Positions 53,461 to 64,000 of a stretch of 64,000 nt of DNA are shown piece after piece. The notes under the pieces are model-generated. The model made no database searches. It saw only the letters and a list, made by a program, of their open reading frames with translations, and was not told the origin of the DNA. Every line of letters starts with the position of its first letter. Positions within the stretch are counted from its first letter, which is position 1. Both the position numbers and the translations under genes were made by a program. Source of the DNA: Syncephalis fuscata S228 (Eukaryota > Fungi > Zoopagomycota); NCBI GenBank assembly GCA_025786725.1, contig JAHLTZ010000018.1, positions 310,001 to 374,000 on the forward strand. Reading direction: 5' to 3'.

Positions 53461-55095
53461 TCAAGCGTGTGACAGAGCAATGGCATTGATATTATCCTTG
53501 TTTTTTGAGTTGGCTCGCAATTGAAGTATCCAATGGAGCTTTATAACATACCAAATTAACAAATATTTAATGTATAGTAGCAAAACTAACCTAAATGTGA
53601 ACTAATTTGAGTGACAAAATCAAGTGCGTGTGTATTATCCACACAAATCGTCTAAATATATAATAAGTAGTTGTATGATATAGTATCTATTGATATTATA
53701 CTACGTACATTAGACTGCTCACTCAAACAAAGCATTGTAGCCTCTTCTGGCTTAGTTTCATTCAATGATACCCAATAGTTGCCTTGAGTATCTACCGTAG
53801 CACTTATTGGGGCACCATGGCATGGAATAACTTCTACGTTATCCAAATATTGTTGCTGTTCTTCAGACCAGTGTAAAATTAATAAAGCGCGAACACTATT
53901 GTGTATTATTATTATTATTATTATTATTATTGTTATTATATTATGCTACTTATAATTAATCTGTATATTACTTACGCTTCTAAGCAAACCAGTGTTTTCT
54001 TTGACGGTAAACTTAAAATATGTCGAACAGCAAAATTATCCGAGTAATTATGAGTGGTTGCATCTTTATCCTAATGTAACAGAATATAAAATGCATTATA
54101 CATTTGTTTAAACAGCATTTATGTAACTTACCCAGTGTGGTCGAGCTATCGATGCAATAGAAATCGACTGTATTGCTTGTGCCTGTCTATAATTCCATAC
54201 CATCAAATATCCATCACCACCGCCTGATACAATTATATGGTCGGCAAATGAAGGAATATGTAAGGCAGATACAAATCTAATAGTATCAATGACAATGTTA
54301 TTAAAAACAACAGCAAGGTAAATATAAAAGACTAATTTACCTTGAATGACCAAGCAAGAATGCCCATACACTATCTGTATTGGCAGTTTGTGTAATTCGC
54401 ACCTTTTCATCTCGATCAGCTGTCATTAAATACGCATCATCCGATGAAAGTGCCTAATTAAGCAAATGGTTAGTATTAGCAAATGCTATATTGTTGCTAT
54501 TGTTTACCATATCTGTAATCATTGAGACATGTCCAACAATTGGCTGTCCAGGCTTAATAGTCTCTTCGGTAAGATTCAATCTATTAAATATTATTTATAG
54601 CAATTAATTAGCTTTATTATCGTCATTATTGTAGCTTACCGATAAACATCGCCAAACTTATCTGCAGCATATAAGATATCTCCAGTTGTATTAAATGATA
54701 GTGCATTCACTCTTTTTGGCATATCACTATTTAATGATCATTTAGCTTTTTATGTCCATAAATCTTATTGTAACTTACAGCGAGAAAAGACATTGCCAGT
54801 TAGTAGTTTGCCAAATACGCAACACTTTATCGTCTGAAAACGTAGCCGCTTTCGCTCCATCATTAGTAAATCCCACTACGCTAATTGGTGCCTTATGCTT
54901 ATCAACAAGCGGATACTGAGCATCAATTTGTTCAAAGTGGCATGTGCCTGCTGTTATAGCTCCGCGACTCAACTGTAGTTTAGTACTGGATTCAACCGAC
55001 TAATTGGTCTTCTACCTGCTGCTTACCTTGTATCTAGCACTAGAAAGTCTGGACCAGAGACAGCAACAATCTCTGTCGATGTAGGACGTGCGTAC
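53461..55095 (-). CDS. TRM82: WD40 subunit of tRNA m7G46 methyltransferase (Trm82/WDR4)
   Basis: Motifs DDKVLRIW, PKRVNAL, AADKFGDVY, VGHVSMITD, LMTADRDEKVRI and FVSAL..VSGGGDG. The 3' end is approximate. Confidence 0.88.
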
Positions 55096-55322
55096 AAATG
55101 AGAAAAGGCCGGCATATTCTACTAAATGTCAAGACCAGTAAAGTGTTATGTATTGAATCCAATAAAGTGAATAAAATAAAAAACAAAAAAACGCCACTTG
55201 TAATTATTTAACTGTATACAGTAAAATTATATAGAAGATCAAATACGTACACGTCATCCTTTATCGCTTCTTCCTCGCTCTTTAAATTGTTTCAAACCAA
55301 TTAACACGCTACTACTACCATT

Positions 55323-56184
55323 ATGCTTATTGATAGTGATACTGAAGAGTGGCCGGTAGTTGGACTGGCAAGTGTCAAAAAGGTTGACTGGCCAGCTGAT
55401 GCACCTACCAGTTGTCGTCTACTTATTGTACAGCCAATGGCTGGCCCACTTTCTTTATCATCGGCAACTGATCTTGGTAAAGCGCGTATTCACGTTGAAT
55501 CGCGTGTAAGTAATACGAATAAATAGCTGCATTTAATATGTTTATTTTATAACTGATGTGGACACAATATAGCAAGAAGAAGAGGAAAAGCTACAAGAAC
55601 GACATGCCCGTCGAATGCCTATTGTGGCCGTTAACGATGATATTGTTATGTTATTTTGTGATGCTATTATTTGGCAACACGCCGATACACTCATGGCGGG
55701 TAGATTAATTGCTCGTTTCTCGCCCAAACAGTAAGTAATGTGATAGTTAGATGTTAACGGATAGTAATTAATATATTAACTAACGACTATACATGACACA
55801 GAGTAATACTCGCCGATTTCATTGATACAGGCTCTATCAGTGCAATGACCACAAGTCACGCTGTAAAAGTTGATGTCCAGACATCAGTTCATGTAGCCCG
55901 TGGATTACCAGCTGCTTTGCTATCTATTGTAAGTAGTAACATCTCATTCACCAGTCGTTCTAATTAAACAATTCTATTAATGTGACCAGTGTGAGATACG
56001 AAATGTACCCGCTTATTATCTTACACACGAACAAGCAATAGACATGACCATGAATCGAGCATTAAATGACGCTAATGCTGTACTCAATCAAGTGTCTACT
56101 CATACTGGGATACCGGCAGTTAAACAACTGCTGTTTGGAAAGCAAGCACAACCAGACATTGCTCATGACAATTTGTACATATAA
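55323..56184 (+). CDS. Probable proteasome assembly chaperone 1 (PAC1/PSMG1-like)
   Basis: Four spliced exons include GLPAALLSI(C)EIRNVPAYYL and end in DNLYI*, an HbYX-like C-terminus typical of PAC1. Confidence 0.55.
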
Positions 56185-56311
56185 GAGTTTTTATAACTTA
56201 TGAAGAAATACCGAATAAACGGAACATTCATATGAAAATAATATTTTGTTAACGAAAATAGTGTAGACTATAGCAATAACAGAAGAAAAGCGAGAAATAC
56301 AAAACTGGTGT

Positions 56312-57153
56312 CTACTTTGGTAGAGCATTGGTTTTTTTAAGTTTGGCTTCAAAGGCACTCATTAGACGGCCTTGTTTAAGAAGATTTAACACGCCTCGTT
56401 GTGATGTCTATTGATTAATGTTAATAATAATGATAATGTAATAATAATGTAATACCTACCGATCCCATAAAGGTCCATTGTAGATCATGACGTCCATAAG
56501 GCGAGTTAGATCCACTAAATAAAATGGTTAATATATTAATGCTTTTCTCGTTTGTAATTACTTACCTGCTTTGATCACCACAATCTAATAGATCGGATCG
56601 TAGTGCTGCAGTGCTGTTATGATTACTACTGCTATTGGCCGGGGTAAGAGCAGTAGCACTTGTAGTTATTTGTTGTTGTTGGTCATTAAGTGTAAAAGGT
56701 GTCATTTCATTGCCATTCATCATATCCGATAAATGGCCATTAGTGTTGGTGTCGTTTAAGGTTAGGGCGGAAGCCGGTTCGTCATCTATTTTATTAGTAG
56801 TTGTAATAACTTCGGTTTCATTCTTCATAAATGATTGCCACTCATTCATATTCAACGTCAAATCGTTCTTCTATAAACCATTGGTCATACACATAGTATA
56901 TATAAATAAATACATAAATACAATGTATAGACATTATTGAGTTAGCAACTATGGTAATAATAAATACAAATGCAATTATGAACGATAGGCGTACCATGTC
57001 TACCGATGCTGTCTCCTCTTTTTGTCGTTGATTCGATTGTAGCATCTCAGTAAAATCAACAGGTGCCACATCAAACGAGATTGTTTGCTTTTCCGTAGGC
57101 TGTAACAGTTTTACAGGGGAATTGCCCACCGAGCACACGTCGACGTCTTCCAT
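56312..57153 (-). CDS. Hypothetical protein (4 exons)
   Basis: Exons bounded by GT-AG splice in frame: MEDVDVCSVG..VDM | KNDLTLNMNEW..DQS | SGSNSPYGRHDLQWTFMGS | TSQRGVLNLLKQGRLMSAFEAKLKKTNALPK*. Confidence 0.6.
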
Positions 57154-57755
57154 TGTGTCGGCATCCACAAAGGTAACAGCTTGGTGATGATTAATCGCCT
57201 GGATGGAAAAAGAAGAAGAAAAAGAGTAGAGCCGAGCAGCCAAGCAAGGATATACATGTAATATGTGGATAGGCACAGATCAATGAAATACACAATAGAA
57301 GAATCGTAATCATAACGAAGCATAGTAATAGTAATAATAGCAATACAGATGTCAGCAACCATAATATACCAGCTGGTCAAGATGCTTTGTCCTACCAGTG
57401 GAATGGCAACATTAACTGTTGCCAATGAAGGTGCAGAGGATCTGCTGGGAACTTTACGTGAGCCGATGACTAAAGACGCAAATAAAAGAACAAAGTATAG
57501 TTTGAGATTCGATACAAGTAATAATAATAGTAAAAAAAGACACCTAACCGGGAATGATGTTGTCGGCAAAGGAGCGACACATGCGCGCGTTTATTGGACC
57601 TGAAGGTGCGCGACGCAGCGCAGCGACGTCCATCGCTAATGTACACTTGTCTACAATGACACACACACACACACACGCACGCAAAAATAGCAATAGCAAC
57701 GACAGCAAGAACAAAAACAATAACAATAATAGAAGCCAACATCTGCCGCCCCCGG

Positions 57756-60139
57756 CTAAGCGCTGCTACTACCTGAGTCATCGGAATCAGTCCCCGAGTC
57801 AGAGCTCCCACTTTCGCCAGATGTATCTTTTTCAATTTCTAAATAGTAATCGGCATTGTAAAATTGTTAGTTAATTTGTTAATAAAGTTATTTAGCACAT
57901 CATTTGTGCTGATTATAATTATAATTATCAACTTACCAGCCATTGATGGGTCATCAAATTGTCGCAATTTACTTTCAAGCTGGTTAATCTTTCGGTTTTG
58001 CTCCTCTTCTGAAATAAGACGCGATTTGCGCGAAATCTTCTTTTTTGTATTTTTCATAACAAAGCGGTACAGTTTACGTAGTGTTTTGGCATCCAATGAA
58101 TCGATATCCAGTTCAATTTCCTCTTCACCGGTGGCCTAATTAACCATATATATAAATATATATATAAATATATAAACGTTATTATTATTATTATTATAAA
58201 TACGTACATTTTTAAGATGTGGCACACTTTGTTGAATAATAGTAACAACGGTTGCCAGTTTATCGCCACTAAGCAAGTTAATATTCTCGCTTAGTTCACG
58301 CTTTTGATCCAGTGTAACTTCAGCCTGGTTATCTTCTTCACTGCTGCTATAGCTGACACGTGGACGCTTTGTACTTGGCTTACGCTTTGTACTTGGCTTG
58401 CGTCGAGCAGCTGGTGCTGGTGCTTCATCTTCCATGCCTGGATAACGATTACGCTTTGTTTTCAAATCAGCTGATGTCTTTGATTTACGTCGACGGTCTT
58501 TGCCCGTTGCCGTCTTCTTCATCGATTCAAGTTTACGCGACATAAACTCTAAATGCCGCTCCATCTCTGCAATCTCACGTTTCGTATCATCTAATCGTTG
58601 TATTGTACAAATAAATATCTATTAGTTAAATAGTCATGATGCATTCGATAGACCAACTTACCATCTGTTGTAACCGCATCGGAATCATTGGCAGTTATTT
58701 CCGTTACATTCATTGGATAACTGGGTGAAACTGATCCTTTAGAACGTGGTTTTGATGGCTGTGGCTGCGGCAACTCGGCCCATTTCTTTTCAAATACACC
58801 TTGTAATTTGCGGCCCATTGCATTCACTGGTGTTCCTTCTGGATTGTAGCGGTAGCAATTATCAAACATTAAACGAATATCTGCCTCAAATTCCGCTGCA
58901 GAACCATAGACATTATCTTCTAGCTTCTTTCGAATGGTCGATAAATCCATTGGATGCTTGATTACCGTTGGGTAATCGGGTAGCTTCATAGCAACCCAAT
59001 CGACTGGCTCAAGAAAGGGAAATGAATAGTCGATATGCGACTTTTTCAATAGTTCGCGTACTATCGATTGGCAGAACTTGAGCTGCACATCCGAGGGACG
59101 CGACATTCGCCGTGCTGGTTGTGCCGGTAAGTCACGTGCGGGTGGATGGATTTCTCGCTTGGGACGACTCTGCCGTGATCCCTGTATGAGTATTAATAAT
59201 CACTATACAGCCAATGCACCTGTATGCATACAGCCATCTAATTACACTTACCCCGGGTGAAAGCGGCATCATATCGTCATTCAATGACGCGCTATTCGGC
59301 GGATCAAAGGCGCCATTGGTTGAGATGGACGGAGTGATAGGAGAGAGAGCGGTAATAGCATGCTATTAGAGCGTAAATAGTAACACATTGTTAACATTAC
59401 AGCACTTAATTACAATTACAGATGTATATACTAAGCCTACCTGTGTGGGCATTTTGCGAATTTGATTATTAAACATCTCTTCAACATTATGTGCCATGAT
59501 GGATACATCTGACTCGCGTCCATTGTACAAGTAGCAATTTTCAAATATTAAACGGACATCGGATATAAAGTCATTTACATGGGTGTATTCTTTGTTGTTC
59601 AACTGTTGCTCCACCTTGGATAGATCCATAGGCCGTTTAACGATAGTTGGATAGTCGGGAATTTTAAGCGCAACCGGATCGACCGGCTGTAAAAAAGGCC
59701 AGGCATCACGATGCTTTTTAAGCTGGCGTACGATAGCCACTGAGTATCGATGCTGCTCTGGTGTCATTGTCGATGCATTTGCATTGGCCGTCGACGATAA
59801 AGTCTAGAGTGGTGAGTAGTCGTTAATATTTTAATCAACCAATCAGTACCAGTCGCATCATTCTTGCCAATTCGTATATAGAACTGGATCTATGCTTACC
59901 TGCTGCGTCAGTAGTGGTGGCGGTCTCGCTGGTGGATTATCCCTCGCAATCTGTGTGATCGCTAAAGGGGCAGCCGTGGTACTATTATGATGCTGAATAC
60001 CATTGCTGTTAGTAGCAGTCATCGACGTCGTCGTAGCCGTCGTCACCGTGCCAGCTTCCGTGGCATTAGCACCACCAGTGCGCGCAATGTCCGTAGCCGT
60101 CGTGTTGGTTGGCATGTTGCTGTGATCAGTATTCATCAT
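57756..60139 (-). CDS. BDF1: BET-family double-bromodomain protein with ET domain
   Basis: BD1: AWPFLQPVDPVALKIPDY..PMDL..NCYLYN. BD2: FPFLEPVDWVAMKLPDY..NCYRYN. ET domain: QKRELSENINLL..EIELDIDSLDAKTLRKLYRFV. Ser/Asp-rich tail. Confidence 0.94.
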
Positions 60140-61489
60140 GTCAATCTATCAAGGGATTGGACGATCATTAGCAATGTATGCCTATTTTGACTGTAAATTT
60201 TGAATAGACCTGTAGATGACACTATATGCCACCGTCCAATCTACCAAAATGCTTACCAGTACTTGGAAATGCCTGGAAAAGCACTCTTTTCCCAGTACAC
60301 AGCGCCGTTAATGGATGGATGGATAAGTTAGCCGTCCAAAAAGCCAAATAGATGCTGGATGAACGCACTATAGATGAAATCTTCGCGCGCTAGACATACA
60401 ACAAGTAGGGGCTGATGAAGGTCGAAGTGTATGGTACAGGGTAAAGCTGGGTGCCAGTGGCCGTTTGGGAGTTTTCCCATCCCCCTCGCTGCGCTCCACC
60501 AATCAGCGACCAGAAACAAAAACAACATTGTGCCATCCTGGTTGGCAGTATTTTATTTGAATCTATCGTGTATTTAACAATAGCTTACCAATAGGCAATA
60601 GGCAATTACGATGCATTAGTATTAGTTAGCTTACAAAACACTGATATGTAGATATATAAATAATAATAATCTACAATTAGAATAAATGGTTTTAATATTT
60701 ATAATAAATCCGTTTTATTGATAAAACACAGTAAAATACACGAATGCCAATAGCCAGAATAAAAAGAATAACAAGAACAAGAATAACAATAGTATTGGTA
60801 GTACCAATAGTACCAATACTAATAATAATGACAGCTACAATAACAGTAGCAATAGAAATGTATATTAGCAGCAATATTAGTATTTGTAGTGCATAGTTAA
60901 TAGTTGATTAGTTAATTAATTAGTTAATTAATTAAAAGTCCAAGTGGATTAATGGGTGTGCTGATGGGTGGCAATTTGTGTGGATGAGTGTGGGTGTAAA
61001 CTGTACACATTCAATAAAACTTTTAGGTGGAAGCACCAGACGGCCATTGCCTCGCCCTCTTCTCCGCAATATCCCAGGATACAGCGTCATCAGACGACTC
61101 CCTCACATAAGAAGGTGTGTATTAACGATTGGAATAAGCATGCATGCATCCATCCATCCATTCAACGCATGGTAAAATAAGAGATTAAACGAAGAAACAG
61201 ATGGATGGATAAATGGATTGATAGTTAGACGGATGGATGGATGATATATGCTGTGTGCAGTAGTGTGGTGATGCCGTCAACTGGACTTTACAATCCAGAA
61301 TAGACGATTGTGAATCGGCAATGGCAGCGACACTATGCTGCCACTGTAGACTATGATCGTTATATAGGTGGCATATAGTTACTGTCGTTGACCGATTCAC
61401 AGTTCTACTGCCTACTTTTTATTATATGCGTGGAATTGGTCATTGACGCGTACCATTCCTTCTATTTGCTGTCTATAGGATCTTGCAAG

Positions 61490-62272
61490 ATGCTTATTTC
61501 CAAGCAAAACCGTAAGCTCATTTATGAGAACCTCTTCAAAGGTATGTATCAACGGCAGCGACGGCAATAATACGTGTACTTTTCACTATGTATGCGTACA
61601 CCAGCCATCATACTATATTAAGCAATAAACTCACCGCGATAATACACTATGCACATACAGAGGGTGTCCTTGTAGCCAAGAAGGACTACAATGCGGACAA
61701 ACACCAGGAAATTCCCGTCCGCAACTTGGAAGTCATCAAGGCCATGCAGTCCTTGACTTCCCGCGGTTTGGTCAAGACCCAGTTCGCGTGGCAGCACTAC
61801 TACTACACCCTCACCAACGAGGGTATTGACTACTTGCGCGAGTACCTTCACTTGCCAACGGAAATTGTCCCAGCCACATTCAAGAAGACTGCCCGCCCAG
61901 TCGGTGTCCGCCCAGGTCGTCCTGGTAAGTATAGTTTATAGAAGTGGGAAGGGGGAAGCAAAGCAGCACTATGACAGTTTAAAGCGACAGAAATGCAACA
62001 ACAATAATATAATAATTACATTAATATTAATCATTGCTTTTATTGTTGTATTAGATGGTGAACGTCGTGAAGGTGCCTACCGTGCACCACGCGGTGACCG
62101 CGATGACTACCGTCGCCGCGATGACGGTGGAAAGAAAGAGGGTGCCGCCGGTGATTTCCGCCCAGAATTCGTAAGTTACATACATACATTTACGCATATA
62201 GGACAAATAATAATAACAATTGTAATAATTAAATAGCGTGGTGGATTTGGCCGTGGTCGTCGTCCAGAGTAA
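61490..62272 (+). CDS. RPS10: 40S ribosomal protein S10 (eS10), 4 coding exons
   Basis: [17 protein letters not shown]|[56 protein letters not shown], with strong codon bias. Confidence 0.97.
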
Positions 62273-62475
62273 GGCGCTACGTGCGATCCTTGCAGGGATA
62301 TATACGCGCATGCACGCATTTATCTCTCTTTCTCATATAACTATTTGAATAAAACGCTGTTCTCGTTTTATTAAAACTAATTATGATCCATTCATTTAAC
62401 TTGATTTATTTATTTATTTATAATGTCAATTCAAATATAATTGCTAACTGATTCAAAATAGCCTGCTTATTATTA

Positions 62476-64000
62476 TTATTTCTTGGTAGATCGACCTCGT
62501 TTACTTCCCTTTGCGCCACCACTTGCTTTTGATTTAAAAGTTGGCACTTTTTTGATCAAGTTGTCATCGGCCATTGTTTCTTCGTCTGAATCGATGGCAG
62601 CCGGTACTTCGTCGTCAACATCAAATGCCTCTTCCAAGTCAGGCTGTCCTCCTTGATCACCACCACCACCACTGACCGTATCACGTTTGGCTAGATTCTT
62701 AGTAATGGCCACCGTTGGATGTGTACTTTTATTGTATCTAATATATACACACAGTTCATTGATATCATTGCTATTAACACTAACACTAACCAGTATAAAA
62801 TAACTTACAATCGAGTAAAGGCTGATTTAACATTACTAGGAATTTGCTTTAGTAGCTGTTCTCCATTATTACGTCCAATACATAAATTAATAATTGTATC
62901 CCAATCTTCACGGGCTAAATAGTAGTCATCGAGTAGATCAATGACCGACTGTGCACCATCCTATAATAATATTGATTAGTGAAATATTCTAATTTAAAAA
63001 TAAATATAACTTACAGTACCCGCAGTCAATAAAGGATTAGTAAGAGCCTGTGATAGTAGAGGAATATAGGAGGCACGTATTTCATCTTTACCACACGCTA
63101 CACGCAATCGCATACGTGCTTGTACCTCGGCCAATTGACGATCTGCCTTGCCAGCCTTTGAATATTGTCCCAACCAACTATATTTATCATTGTTATACGT
63201 TGTAGTGTAATTGGTTAGTAAATAGTAGAATAATTACCTTGGAAATTGGTACAAGCCTTGCATGCCACCGTGCATAAAATAAGCTGGACGTACACATGAA
63301 AATAGAGCATGAGTAGGCATAAGTTCCCATTGTTGCTGTGTCCTATTTATTCATTCATTCATTCATATAATGTATGTAAAAGTTATTATAAATAACGTCT
63401 ACTAATCAGCTTTAAATTACCTATGAATGGCATGATCAACAAGATCACCCTGTGAAATAGATTCAGATGCTTTGGCAACTAGTTCAAGTGTACGCAAATC
63501 CATATCTTTAATCGAGCCACCTGCTGATCGAGCAAGCGATGGGGCCATACGAATATAGTTTTCCTATTAATGCTCATTATTAGTACACCTTTTTATTCAT
63601 ATCAGTATTACTACTACCACTCACTTGCATCATAAGTGGGACAATGCTATAGTCATGAAAGTATAAATCAAGTTTTTCAGCTAGATTTGTCGAATTATAC
63701 GCTTGATTTTGCAAGTATTTGCCAATAATATCAAATGGCCCCAATGCAATATGCTTCTCAGATCTTTCACCTCTATATACTACTTATTAGTAAATAGAAT
63801 AATGATATTATAATAAATAACTTGCAATAGTTTTGCCCCATCGTAATCAAGACTGTTATGGGCCAATTTCCATGCCGATAACTAGTTAATCAATTAGCTA
63901 ATTAGTAGACATTATATAATGTACTATAGAGTTACTTACAATATTTAGTATCTGACGGATATCCGAATGAGTAGATGCCACTAAATGATCAATAGCATTA
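62476..64000 (-). CDS. RFC1: Replication factor C large subunit, 3' part (runs off the window)
   Basis: Motifs SDIRQIL, YFHDYSIVPLM.QENY, ISQGDLVD, QQWELMP, FP.WLG..S, DDYYLAREDWD and KSAFTRLYNK, then an acidic and basic tail. Confidence 0.93.

Noticed and set aside
60408-60440. CTGATGA..CGAA, resembling a hammerhead ribozyme core
   Set aside because: GAAA is absent (GAAG), there is no stem II and no flanking helices were found. It lies in the BDF1 upstream region.
61926-62054. Possible intronic snoRNA in the longer RPS10 introns
   Set aside because: No convincing C/D box pair or H/ACA structure could be identified by eye.

Overview
This is AT-rich, intron-dense eukaryotic DNA with short GT-AG introns of about 50-90 nt. 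It comes from an early-diverging fungus: B12-dependent MetH, secreted kinase-like genes and a lineage-type 7TM gene suggest Zoopagomycota such as Syncephalis (inference). About 22 genes can be read. Conserved housekeeping genes are MFAP1, a NUDT5-like Nudix hydrolase, mitochondrial bL33, SPF27, ZW10, MetH, a CAMK-group kinase, MET2, a CLC, GRR1, TRM82, a PAC1-like gene, BDF1, RPS10 and partial RFC1. Small accessory inserts lie between them. The most striking element, absent from the ORF track, is at 9585-10664: a signal-peptide/Kex2 prepro exon, then 12 homologous ~80-nt introns separating eleven 3-nt micro-exons, then an in-frame terminal CA-TAA exon. This is a secreted-peptide gene written one split codon per exon, apparently partly decayed or conditionally spliced. 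Other notable items are an intronless GH8b chitosanase/licheninase, a CLC with Gln at the gating Glu, a signal-peptide kinase with a truncated duplicate, and a ~580-bp near-identical dispersed repeat. About ten single-base deletions break otherwise intact genes and look like assembly consensus errors. Exon boundaries were read by eye, and all homology calls rest on remembered motifs rather than database searches.
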